The notes under the pieces: generated by a model
Seen by the model: the letters and a program-made list of their open reading frames with translations, nothing else
Told to the model about the DNA's origin: nothing
Database searches by the model: none
From: Flavobacteriales bacterium
Lineage (GTDB): Bacteria; Bacteroidota; Bacteroidia; M30B66
Assembly (NCBI GenBank): GCA_046294625.1
Contig: JBKBKN010000007.1
Location: 2,517-66,516, forward strand
Reading direction: 5' to 3'
DNA length: 64,000 nt
In this document: piece after piece, positions 9,995-19,790 of the stretch
How positions within the stretch are numbered: position 1 is the first letter of the stretch
Layout: each line of letters begins with the position of its first letter
Program-made: the position numbers and the translations under genes

Positions 9995-10624
9995 TTAAGA
10001 CCCTGATAAAACCTTCTCAAACCCTTCCCATACAAAACGGTATGGCAATTGGGCATCGGCTCCGGCATAATCCACGCCTATACGGGGCAATCGGGTAATA
10101 GACAAATCAGCATAGTGAAATTCGCTCTCTTGCACTTGAATCCAGGTGGGATCAAGCAATGACTTTCCACTCATGGAGGTGTGAAAACCTAATGTCTGTG
10201 CTGCTGCACCCGGCCCGATTCCAATTCTATGCGTCATTTTGTTTTTACCCCTTCTTTCTAAAACGCTTTCATAGCCACTGACAGGAATCACGCCGCGCAA
10301 GAGCACCGCCTTAGGATCACCTTCTTCCGAGGTCACAAAATTGAACAAGTGGTGAATGCCATAACACAAATAAATGTAAGCCACACCTCCCTGCTGATAC
10401 ATCACTTCATTGCGTGGAGTGCGCTTACCTCCAAAAGCATGGCACGCTCTGTCGTGCACACCATTGTAGGCTTCGGTTTCTACGATAATGACTTCCACCA
10501 CTCTGTCATCCACTATGCTAATGATTTTCTTGCCGATCAGCTCCTCGGCTATTTGGAGCACATCATTTCTTTGATAAAACGATTCAGGCAATGAATTATA
10601 CGCGGACAAATCGATGTTTTTCAT
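9995..10624 (-). CDS. DNA-3-methyladenine glycosylase (MPG/AAG family)
   Basis: ETEAYNGVHDRACHAFGGKRTPRNEVM matches the Pur_DNA_glyco signature (ETEAY...D.A.H...RT.R...M), 209 aa. Confidence 0.75.
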   Translation of the reverse strand: MKNIDLSAYNSLPESFYQRNDVLQIAEELIGKKIISIVDDRVVEVIIVETEAYNGVHDRACHAFGGKRTPRNEVMYQQGGVAYIYLCYGIHHLFNFVTSEEGDPKAVLLRGVIPVSGYESVLERRGKNKMTHRIGIGPGAAAQTLGFHTSMSGKSLLDPTWIQVQESEFHYADLSITRLPRIGVDYAGADAQLPYRFVWEGFEKVLSGS

Positions 10625-12515
10625 CTTCTTTAATCAGTTCCATATCAATTAATCTCCTGAGTGCCGGAAAGAGCAAAGCTTTGTCTATCCCGTTGATTTG
10701 CTTCAACTCATTCACTTCAAGGGCACGTTCTTTTAGGCTTTCCAATATAATCTCCATCGACTTGCTTACACGCTCATCGATTCCCTGCTTAGTTTGCTGC
10801 TCAATGCACACATCGCATTTGCCACAGGGTTTGGCATCATGCTCACCAAAATAGCTGACCAATTTCACACTTCGGCAGGTGCGCTGATCGTTCACATAAT
10901 CTAACATCGCGCTTACCCTTTGCTGAAAAGCATCTATTCTTTTCTTATATCGTGCTGATGAGATTGGCAAACGATCGGGATGTTGCCGCTCCATATTGAA
11001 ATAAATTTGAGGCTTCTCCACGGCGGGATAATAACGCGCCAAATCAATCTTGTGAAAATAAGCCAGCATCTGCTTCACTTTATCTTCGGTCAAGCCAAGT
11101 TTTTGCGCCAATTCACGCGGATGAATCACCGAAAAATCGGTAAATAATCCTGAATAAGACCTTAGCAATGTCTTAATCATGGGCTCAAAAGCGGGATTGA
11201 GCAATTCAAATTCATACACCTTCAAATGATCTAAGATGAACATAAACCGATGCTGACTTTCCGGATTCTCGATATAGGTAAACAGACCGTCCTGCTCAAT
11301 AAATTTGAGTGCATGATGACACTCTAAGGGGTTTATTTTAAATTTTTTACAAAAATCAAGCAAATCAAAAGAGTAAACAGCATCTTTCCCGGCATTTACC
11401 GGTAGCTGCAAATAATTGCAAACAAAATTGTAAATAGCCTTGATGCGGTCAAATGGTGGAAACTGCATGTTTGCCCTTTTCTCTAATTCGAGCATATCGG
11501 CTTCGTCGGTTAAAAGCACAGCATAGGCTCTCTTTTCATCTCGGCCTCCCCTACCCGCTTCCTGAAAATAGGCTTCGGGGGCATCTGGCAAATCGAGATG
11601 AATCACCGTGCGCACATCAGGTTTATCTATGCCCATGCCAAAAGCATTGGTGCACACCACCACACGTATTTTATTGTCAATCCACCATTCCTGACGGAGC
11701 TTACGGGTGATATTGTCAAGTCCTGCATGGTAAAAAGTTGCCGTGATTCCATTCTTCTCAAGTATGGCTGCGGTTTCTTCGGTCTTTTTTCGAATGCGCA
11801 CATACACAACTGATGAACCGGGTACTTTATTTAAAATTTCTACCAACTTTCTGGTTTTATCTGAACAATACCGAACTGCATAAGTCAGATTAGACCTAAC
11901 AAAACTCTTCCGAAACACTTTAGCTTGGTGATATTGCAGTTTTTCAATCAAATCTTCAGCTACTATTGGCGTGGCCGTTGCTGTCAAGGCAATGTGTTTA
12001 CTGTTTTTCAATAAGGGTTTAATTTCTGCTATTTTCAAATAGGCAGGTCTGAAATCGTATCCCCATTGCGAAATACAATGCGCTTCGTCTATTGCCAAAA
12101 GGCGAATATCCAAATTGGGCAGGTATTCTCTGAAATTTTCTGATGCAAGTCTTTCGGGCGATACATACAAAAACTGAATTTCTCCCTGAAGGCATTTTTC
12201 CATGGTATGTTCCACTTCATCGCGGCGCATCATAGACGAAATAGCTGCTGCCTTGACACCTCTTCGCTCGAGTTGATAAACCTGATCGTTCATTAATGCA
12301 ATCAGCGGTGAAATCACAAGAGATATTCCACCCAATGCCAATCCGGGCACTTGAAAGCAAACCGATTTGCCACCTCCGGTAGGCAATAAGGCCAAGGTAT
12401 CATGTCCATCTAGCACGGATTGAATAATATCCTGCTGCAAAGGCCTGAACTGATCATAGCCCCAGTATTGCTTTAAGATATGATGGATGTCTTGATTGGG
12501 CATAATATGATGCAA
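10596..12515 (-). CDS. recQ: ATP-dependent DNA helicase RecQ
   Basis: Helicase motifs I (LPTGGGKS) and II (DEAH), the RecQ zinc-binding region (CGKCDVC) and a C-terminal HRDC-like tail. 639 aa. The 3' end overlaps the mpg start by 29 nt. Confidence 0.9.
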   Translation of the reverse strand: MHHIMPNQDIHHILKQYWGYDQFRPLQQDIIQSVLDGHDTLALLPTGGGKSVCFQVPGLALGGISLVISPLIALMNDQVYQLERRGVKAAAISSMMRRDEVEHTMEKCLQGEIQFLYVSPERLASENFREYLPNLDIRLLAIDEAHCISQWGYDFRPAYLKIAEIKPLLKNSKHIALTATATPIVAEDLIEKLQYHQAKVFRKSFVRSNLTYAVRYCSDKTRKLVEILNKVPGSSVVYVRIRKKTEETAAILEKNGITATFYHAGLDNITRKLRQEWWIDNKIRVVVCTNAFGMGIDKPDVRTVIHLDLPDAPEAYFQEAGRGGRDEKRAYAVLLTDEADMLELEKRANMQFPPFDRIKAIYNFVCNYLQLPVNAGKDAVYSFDLLDFCKKFKINPLECHHALKFIEQDGLFTYIENPESQHRFMFILDHLKVYEFELLNPAFEPMIKTLLRSYSGLFTDFSVIHPRELAQKLGLTEDKVKQMLAYFHKIDLARYYPAVEKPQIYFNMERQHPDRLPISSARYKKRIDAFQQRVSAMLDYVNDQRTCRSVKLVSYFGEHDAKPCGKCDVCIEQQTKQGIDERVSKSMEIILESLKERALEVNELKQINGIDKALLFPALRRLIDMELIKEDEKHRFVRV

Positions 12516-12711
12516 ATATCCGCATAATATGCCCTTGAAGCCCGGACAAGTAGAGAAGAATTATAGATTAAACCCAAATTACGCATTAAAAAATGCGTAA
12601 TCGACAAAGTGTTTAGTAATCAATTCCAAAGGATTGGAATTGAAACAATCACCAGATCGGGGTTACTCAAACTAAATCAAATAGTTCGGCTCATTGTTCA
12701 CCTCCTATTGA

Positions 12712-13257
12712 TTAATTTGGGTTAAAAATACCTAATGCCTTGAGCACATAATCTGCTCTTGACTCGATACTCATCTTAGGCAACAAGAGCAAAGTGTATC
12801 CATAACGGCCATAGCTCTCCATAATCGCATCATGCACTTTCACAGCATAGTCAAACGATTGTGGTCTCGCTTCATCATTCACATAAATCTCTTTCCAGGG
12901 TGGAGTTATAAAAACCACCGTATGATAGCTCCTTTCCAAACAGGCCTGATGAATATTATCAGGAATTGGTTTGCCGTCAGCTATAAGAAATGCAGCAATA
13001 TCCGGAATGCCACGGTCAAAAAAACTCCATGCTCTCGGAAGGGCAATGTCGTAATGATCTGTGCGGCCTTCGAGCACCTGAAGACTAAAAATATCTACAT
13101 CATTCCAGGGTGTAGCCTGAGCATCTGTAGCCAATGCCCGATCGATAATTTGACGTGCCACTTCATGAAATACCCTGTAACCGCGACGCTCTAGCTCATC
13201 TATGATGCTCGACTTCCCGAATCCGGGGCCTCCGGTTATAACTACTCTTCTATTCAT
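12712..13257 (-). CDS. AAA_28-family P-loop ATPase/kinase (NadR RNK-domain-like)
   Basis: Walker A ITGGPGFGKSS directly after the ATG at 13257 (the ORF-track start at 13284 is a TTG). Size about 180 aa is typical of stand-alone AAA_28 proteins. Confidence 0.5.
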   Translation of the reverse strand: MNRRVVITGGPGFGKSSIIDELERRGYRVFHEVARQIIDRALATDAQATPWNDVDIFSLQVLEGRTDHYDIALPRAWSFFDRGIPDIAAFLIADGKPIPDNIHQACLERSYHTVVFITPPWKEIYVNDEARPQSFDYAVKVHDAIMESYGRYGYTLLLLPKMSIESRADYVLKALGIFNPN

Positions 13258-13382
13258 GAATTTAGGATCGCAAAGTAAATTCAAAATCGCTACAAAATTG
13301 GAAGAACTTAATTGGTCTTGGCAAATGTTTGAGCGCTTTGATATAATCAGGGTTCTCAGGCTTTTACCTATTTTTACCGATC

Positions 13383-15518
13383 ATGCAGCTGCTTCGATTC
13401 ATTAATTTAGGTCTTTGGGTCATCGCTTTCATGGGCTCAACTTTGGTTTCAGCTCAGCAAGTCCTGTCCGATTGCAATCCGGTATATTTATCAAAAAACG
13501 GATGGCATCTGCCCACTGAAGGCACATTGAGGGTGCTCATTGTTTATTGCGAAATCAAATACGAAAACCCGGAAGAAGATCCAACCAAAGGTGGAAATGA
13601 AACATGGCCTGCCGGAAAGCTGCCCATATGGGCCAACGAACTGGCTGATCCACATCCCCCTTCATCGGCATTCGCTGCCAAAGGTTTAACCAATTATTTT
13701 TTACATGCATCATCGGGCAAGCTTATTATTCTAGGCGATTATCTAAAACATCCTATTGATGGACAAATCTTTTCAGCATCAAAATTTGATATCAGAGAAC
13801 TAGTCAATAACATTAATGAAGCATTAGGCAGTCGCATCATTACACAATCCGGATTAAATGATATTCAACATTTTGACAACTGGACACTAGGCACACCGGA
13901 AACCGGCCCTGGATTGCCCAAAATAAGCCCAAGCACCGAAATTCCATCAAAATATGACCATGTGATGTTCATCTGGCGCAATCGCAAAGGAGCTGACAAC
14001 ACGGGAGCTTCCTACAATTCAGGCTTTGGTACAAAATTGCTAGGTCACGATGCAAATTCCTACAGCATCAATACTACTTATCGCGACCTGCCTTTTAAAC
14101 TCATTCGACATGAATTCAGTCATTTGATTTTGGGCGGAAATAACTTTCACTGCGGTGGTGGCGGACATGCTGCACCGGGTTATTTTCCACATTTAATGGG
14201 TGGATGGAGTATTCTTGGACTGCACGATTCATCCTTACAGACCTGGAATGCCTGGGATCGTCAACGCCTTGGATGGAAAACTACAGATAGCGAATTTGAA
14301 ATCACCGCCCGAAATGAAAGCAACACAAAATTCGTAAACGGCGATCTGGATGCCCTTAATGTAGCACAAGAAGGCATATACATCCTGCGCGATTTTGCCA
14401 CGCACGGCGATGCCATTCGCATCAAATTGCCTAATCCGGAAGCAGAACAGAGCTTTGCGCAATTTCTGTGGCTTGAATTTCATCAAGGACATCGAAAAAA
14501 TGGAATTGATTATGACCGCTGGCAATATGAGCATCCTGAACTGACTTGTGTATCGCCAATGATTTCGGGAATGATGGCTTATATGCAAATAGACCGCGAA
14601 AACCGATATGGATGCCGCTCTCAGGATGTTTTCGGCGGACATGCCGATTACCTCCGGCCTATGCCGGCGCATGGCTTCTGGGATCGTATGGTGAGCAACT
14701 TTGATGAAATGAACGATTGTGTGCAATATGATTATACCAAACCATTCAAGCTAATCGCTCCCAACCCGCTTTCAGGCAGCAGCGACCTCGATCGACTAAT
14801 TGATGACCTCAATAGCAATGGAAAAATTGAATTTAACGAACTAAGCTCATTATTCAATTATGTGCAGCAAACCGGAATGGGGTTTAAAAAGAACTTATTC
14901 GCACTTGGTCATTCTCGACATGTGTTTACGCAGAAAACAAGCAAACGAATCAGTATATCCACAAACCCTTCATCGGCAAATATGCTTACGATGGTTCGCA
15001 ATACAGATAGTTCGGTAAAAGGCGCTAAAAACAACCGCACGGTTTATCTCAATGGTATCAGTGTCACCATCATTGAGCAACAGGCAGATTTCATCAAATT
15101 AGATATTCGTTTTGCTGATTATCAAATAGATCAAAATGCGCGTTGGTGTGCAGATAAGATTGTTTTGCAAGCTTATGACAGCCTTAGTAACGTTGAACTA
15201 ATAATATCAAAAGGTAAGACTTTGCAAATCGACAGAAGCCTATCCAACAAACGCTTAGATAATCCGGAAGTTATTAATGGCAAACCATATTTCAACTCTG
15301 CTACACACTTTGTGGTCAAAAGTGGAAATGCCATCAGGCTTCAAAATAAATCCAAATTAATCGTAGATAATGGAAGTACTTTGGAGCTGGAATTGGGTGC
15401 GTCTATCATTTTAGAAGGAAAATCCAAGATTATTTTACGCAATGGGGGACAACTCCGTCTTCCAAAAGAGGAGTGTATAAAGTTCAATAGCCGTAAAGCG
15501 CGACTTATTAAGAAATGA
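13383..15518 (+). CDS. secreted hypothetical protein with atypical HExxH (zincin-like) motif
   Basis: Signal peptide (LVSAQQ). Single HEFSH motif followed by a Gly-rich stretch and further His (HEFSHLILGGNNFHCGGGGH). No gluzincin Glu, no canonical metzincin spacing, and no T9SS CTD. 711 aa. Confidence 0.45.
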   Translation: MQLLRFINLGLWVIAFMGSTLVSAQQVLSDCNPVYLSKNGWHLPTEGTLRVLIVYCEIKYENPEEDPTKGGNETWPAGKLPIWANELADPHPPSSAFAAKGLTNYFLHASSGKLIILGDYLKHPIDGQIFSASKFDIRELVNNINEALGSRIITQSGLNDIQHFDNWTLGTPETGPGLPKISPSTEIPSKYDHVMFIWRNRKGADNTGASYNSGFGTKLLGHDANSYSINTTYRDLPFKLIRHEFSHLILGGNNFHCGGGGHAAPGYFPHLMGGWSILGLHDSSLQTWNAWDRQRLGWKTTDSEFEITARNESNTKFVNGDLDALNVAQEGIYILRDFATHGDAIRIKLPNPEAEQSFAQFLWLEFHQGHRKNGIDYDRWQYEHPELTCVSPMISGMMAYMQIDRENRYGCRSQDVFGGHADYLRPMPAHGFWDRMVSNFDEMNDCVQYDYTKPFKLIAPNPLSGSSDLDRLIDDLNSNGKIEFNELSSLFNYVQQTGMGFKKNLFALGHSRHVFTQKTSKRISISTNPSSANMLTMVRNTDSSVKGAKNNRTVYLNGISVTIIEQQADFIKLDIRFADYQIDQNARWCADKIVLQAYDSLSNVELIISKGKTLQIDRSLSNKRLDNPEVINGKPYFNSATHFVVKSGNAIRLQNKSKLIVDNGSTLELELGASIILEGKSKIILRNGGQLRLPKEECIKFNSRKARLIKK

Positions 15519-15523
15519 GTTAA

Positions 15524-17965
15524 CTATTGTTTGATAATTCGTGCATGCGATACGCTATTGCCCGAAACAAAGCGAATGATATAAATTCCGGAAGCCAAGT
15601 CGATGAAATTAATTTGATGTTGCTGAAGACCAATGCCATTGAACAATTCTGCTTTCAGTTTTTTGCCCGAAATAGAATAGACTTCAAATAATAAATTCCC
15701 CGGACGGTCAAACTCCACAACCAAATTCAGGAAGTTTGAAACGGGATTGGGATATACTGCTATTTGTGCAATATTATCCAACTCTCCAATGCCAACAGCC
15801 GAAATTGAAACAATTTTGGTGATATCGTCGGTGCCACATAAATTGCTGGATGTAAGCGTAACATTGTAAATGCCGGTTGATGGGAAGGTGAATGATGGAT
15901 TATTAGCTGAGCTTGTTCCCAATCCGGCAAAATCCCATAAAAAGGTATTCGCATTTTGTGTGGTATTGTTAAAGTTAGCTGTAAATCCGCCGGTCTGTAA
16001 ATAATTAAAGTTGGAAATAGGGTTTTGACCAATGGATACACTAATGGGCGGTGAAACGCCATTGCAGCCACCAGGATCTACAGCTGTTACCGTGTAAATC
16101 CCGGGCTGACTAACCGTGATACTTGCTCCGACCTGTCCGTTAGACCATTCATAACTGGAAAATCCGGGAGCGGCGGTCAGGGTAACCGGCTGTCCGCTAC
16201 AAATGGCAGGATTGGGTGGATTAACATTCAAAACTACTGTGTTACCCACCTGCGCATTCACAGGCTCAGATGTGCTTGTGCACCCGTCTGCATCGGTTCC
16301 TGTTACGGTATAATTGCCCGGTTCAGTGACAACGACAGATGAACCTGTTGCACCATTGCTCCACAGGTAATTTACAAATCCCGGAGTAGCGCTAAGCGTT
16401 AAATTTCCATTACAAATAATCACATCACCGGGCGGGGTTATGCTGATTGGCTGCGGGTTACCCGGTGTAACTGTTACGCAATTGGCCACTACGGGGCAAC
16501 CGGAAACATCTGTTCCTTCACCGCAATACTGGCCCGGTTGACTTACTGTAATCGCATTACCTGTTTGCCCATTAGACCATGTAAAATTTGAAAAATTTCC
16601 GGTTACTGAAAGCTGTACTTGACCCGAACATAAACTACCCGAAGCCGGATTCATATTGATGTCGATCTGAATGGCATTGGCTATATTGATAATTACAGCG
16701 GCTGTTTCCACACTTCCACAAGCATTGCTGATCACAGCTCTAAAATGTGTGGTCTGCGTCAAAGGACCTGAAGTAAAAGTAGAATTGGTAGCACCGGGTA
16801 TATTGTTGAAATTAACGCCATTATCCGATTGTTGCCATTGTATATTACCTGATTGACCGGTGATGCTTAGGCTGGTAGTGCCATTGGGACAAACTGTAAG
16901 CGGATTGGCTGTGATTGTACCTGCCACAGGTGGACCAAGTATGGTGAAGTTCACCCCATTATCCGTTCCGGTTACCGCAGGGTTATTACTCACCACCCTA
17001 ATGCGATACTGTGTGCCCGCAGGGGTTCCCATTGGAATGGTCACGGTTATATTTCCTGCTGTGGTAGAAGCATTGGTGCCAATATTTACAGGCGCAGCAA
17101 ATGATCCGGTGGCATCTGATAACTGAGCTGTGAAAACATTGCCGGCATTGAACGTTCCATTGATGGTGTAAGGCACTTGAAATGTTGCGCCCGGGCAATG
17201 TGGGCCGGGAGGAACGGTTCCGGTTGCAATCGTGTTATTCGATAACGGCGATGCCGTGATGCGAACATCGTCAATACTAAACCCCGGATCGCTTGCCGTA
17301 GATGTCGTGTTGTTCACAAAGCGAAAACCAAATCTTAATGTTGCCTGATTGGCAAAAGCAGGCAGGGAAATGGTTTGCTGCTGCCATTGCGAAGTTAAAT
17401 TATACTGAGCTATAGGGGTAGTAATCAGGGTCCATGTTGTCCCGCCATTTGTACTATAATATACTTCACCAAAATTATTCGCGCTGCCATTGCACACCCA
17501 CCAAAAGGTGAAGTTTACATTATCAAAACCCACAGTTGAAACTTGACTTGACATGCAAGCGAAGATGTTTTCAGGGTTTGTACACAAACCATCAGCCGCC
17601 TGAAAACTGGAATTGGTAATGCCCGCACCAATAGCAAGATTACTTGCTGTATGCAGGTACCCACTTGTGGGACCTCCCGTAATTCCGCCTGGTTGTGTGG
17701 GGGTATTGTTGATGGTAAAATTTACAGGTAAGGGTACGCCAAAACAAATTACGTTGCCCGATCCTGAACCACCGGTGTAAGAATTATTTATCACCCAGAT
17801 ATTCGAACCGGTGGCCGTTGAGCTTACATCGGAAGTATTTAAGGTGAAAGTAGATGTTGCTGCATTAAAATCTTCAAAATACAATTCTGTTTGCGCCTGA
17901 TAAGCTTTGGGTATCAAGGTTGAAACTAATAGAAACAATAACCCTAATCTAGTGAAAATATGCAT
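15524..17965 (-). CDS. T9SS type A CTD surface protein with PKD/Ig-like repeats (paralog of 54015..55805)
   Basis: ATG at 17965 gives signal peptide MHIFTRLGLLFLLVSTL (the ORF-track start at 17989 is a GTG). Repeated Ig-like modules (CPG/CSG...TVT). C-terminal VYPNPVSNFLNL...GIYIIRF type A sorting domain. N-terminal about 180 aa domain is shared with 54015..55805. Confidence 0.7.
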   Translation of the reverse strand: MHIFTRLGLLFLLVSTLIPKAYQAQTELYFEDFNAATSTFTLNTSDVSSTATGSNIWVINNSYTGGSGSGNVICFGVPLPVNFTINNTPTQPGGITGGPTSGYLHTASNLAIGAGITNSSFQAADGLCTNPENIFACMSSQVSTVGFDNVNFTFWWVCNGSANNFGEVYYSTNGGTTWTLITTPIAQYNLTSQWQQQTISLPAFANQATLRFGFRFVNNTTSTASDPGFSIDDVRITASPLSNNTIATGTVPPGPHCPGATFQVPYTINGTFNAGNVFTAQLSDATGSFAAPVNIGTNASTTAGNITVTIPMGTPAGTQYRIRVVSNNPAVTGTDNGVNFTILGPPVAGTITANPLTVCPNGTTSLSITGQSGNIQWQQSDNGVNFNNIPGATNSTFTSGPLTQTTHFRAVISNACGSVETAAVIINIANAIQIDINMNPASGSLCSGQVQLSVTGNFSNFTWSNGQTGNAITVSQPGQYCGEGTDVSGCPVVANCVTVTPGNPQPISITPPGDVIICNGNLTLSATPGFVNYLWSNGATGSSVVVTEPGNYTVTGTDADGCTSTSEPVNAQVGNTVVLNVNPPNPAICSGQPVTLTAAPGFSSYEWSNGQVGASITVSQPGIYTVTAVDPGGCNGVSPPISVSIGQNPISNFNYLQTGGFTANFNNTTQNANTFLWDFAGLGTSSANNPSFTFPSTGIYNVTLTSSNLCGTDDITKIVSISAVGIGELDNIAQIAVYPNPVSNFLNLVVEFDRPGNLLFEVYSISGKKLKAELFNGIGLQQHQINFIDLASGIYIIRFVSGNSVSHARIIKQ

Positions 17966-18223
17966 TTCGCTTACATGTTTTATTTGCACAAATTTAATAG
18001 AAAAGCCGACCCTTTAAAAGGCCTGTCTGATTATTTATTTGATTTTGTCATAAATCGAACCAATTCACTCTTAGCTTCTATCTGATAAAATGCCATCTTA
18101 AAGCAATTTAACAATCATGTCATAATCTGATGATTTATGAGATAATTGAAATTTTAATGCCAATTCCGGAAGAAAATCCAATAATAATGCATATCTTGCC
18201 AAACATATTTCGAAAGCATAAAA

Positions 18224-19786
18224 ATGAGCGCAAACGAGAGCCACATCATTGGCCCCAATCACTTTCTCACCATACAAAAACTAGTTAAATTACTAGATAA
18301 TTACCACCTCGAAAAATTCAAGCTACATCTTGAAGACAACAATGCAAACCTACCACTGAAGCTCGTCAGCCTGATTGGCAAAGACCTCATGAGCGACCTG
18401 AGCAGTGATAGAATTTGTTATCTGATATATGGGAACACAGAAAAGAAAACTAAGCAAAGTTTTAGTCAGCTCGCATCTTATACTTTTAAGCTTAGTTCCT
18501 TTTTGAGTAGAAACTTCCCATCTTATCTATTTCACAATATTAACCGTATTCAAATCCTCATCAATGAGGGACAGCTCCAGGAAGCAAATGCTTTGGCGGA
18601 AATGCTCCTAGATATTGCTGATAAAATTGAAGACTTTGTTATCCAGGCTTCTGTTTATAAATTTCTCGCTCATCAAGCGCTGCTCTACAAAGATTATCAT
18701 GGCAACATCAGATATCACCGATTGGCAGATGAAGTACTGAGTTATGAGAAAACCCTGAACTTTATCTATTTGTATTTGAGAAGCAATTTTATCATCAATA
18801 TCAAGGACGACTCCAAGCTTGCCGAACTTGACAAGCATATTGAAGAGTTCGAACACTATTACGATCATCCCAAAAAAACTATTCAAATTGCCAGCCGATA
18901 TGCGGTTATTTTTATCTTATATTTTTATAAGTCGGCTGAATTTAAAACACCGGAAAATCGCGAAAAACTTGAGCTGCTGATGAATGAAATAGAACGAAGC
19001 AGTCAGGTGGTGTTTCCATTTCTCGATGATATACGAATCAAGACAAGCTATTTTATGCTTAACTTCCCGGGTATCAACCTCAACGATAAAGAAGTGAAAA
19101 AGCAATTTAAAGACCTGATCAACTATGGAAGTCAGGCTAACTTTTGGCAGAATTATGTAAATATTCCAGAGCTTCAAACCATTATCGTGAAGGCAACTCA
19201 CTATATTTCAAAATATCACTATCACACATTCAAACAAAATTACGCTGAAATACTAGACCCCAACGACAAAAAAGATATAGAGCAAATTATAGCCCGTTGT
19301 AAAGTTCTTATACAAAAAGATATATGGGAGCCTAATCATGTAAATGATCTGGTATCGTTGCGGATGGTACTTTCTGCCCATCTTTTTTGTCTTGACTCAT
19401 CTCACTATCAAGAAGGCATTAACAATCTGGAGAAGTTAATGATCACTTATCAGCAAGTTGCCTTTTCAGCGAGCATTGATTCTATAATTGCCATGTTAAT
19501 GGTAGGCTATTTCGCTTTAAAGCAATATGAAAAATGTGTTGAAACCTTCAAACGATATATTAAGCTGGCAAGCGGCCGAGTGCTTAATGCCGACAATGAT
19601 GCAACCATACACTTATACTACTATAGTGCACAATGGCTGATGTCGAAAAGAAATCAGTATATCGCTAAAATCAAAGAGCTGTACGACAAAATCAAGGACA
19701 ATGAATCGACTATAGGCTCGCGTAAAATGATCGAATCAGTAGCAGAATACTTTCGATTCCCCGAAGGAACAGGTATAAAATACTGA
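18224..19786 (+). CDS. hypothetical protein (orphan, all-alpha, AT-rich gene)
   Basis: 520-aa ORF with ATG start, rich in K/N/I/Y/F, with no recognisable catalytic or NTPase motifs. It is flanked by an AT-rich 258-bp upstream region and GC content is visibly lower than its neighbours. Confidence 0.5.
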   Translation: MSANESHIIGPNHFLTIQKLVKLLDNYHLEKFKLHLEDNNANLPLKLVSLIGKDLMSDLSSDRICYLIYGNTEKKTKQSFSQLASYTFKLSSFLSRNFPSYLFHNINRIQILINEGQLQEANALAEMLLDIADKIEDFVIQASVYKFLAHQALLYKDYHGNIRYHRLADEVLSYEKTLNFIYLYLRSNFIINIKDDSKLAELDKHIEEFEHYYDHPKKTIQIASRYAVIFILYFYKSAEFKTPENREKLELLMNEIERSSQVVFPFLDDIRIKTSYFMLNFPGINLNDKEVKKQFKDLINYGSQANFWQNYVNIPELQTIIVKATHYISKYHYHTFKQNYAEILDPNDKKDIEQIIARCKVLIQKDIWEPNHVNDLVSLRMVLSAHLFCLDSSHYQEGINNLEKLMITYQQVAFSASIDSIIAMLMVGYFALKQYEKCVETFKRYIKLASGRVLNADNDATIHLYYYSAQWLMSKRNQYIAKIKELYDKIKDNESTIGSRKMIESVAEYFRFPEGTGIKY

Positions 19787-19790
19787 TCAA

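Noticed and set aside
12516-12711. Two palindromes (ATTACGCATT..AATGCGTAAT and CAATTCCAA..TTGGAATTG) considered as protein-binding operators for recQ
   Set aside because: Their position directly downstream of the minus-strand AAA_28 gene, and their hairpin character, fit transcription terminators better. An operator role cannot be excluded but is unsupported.
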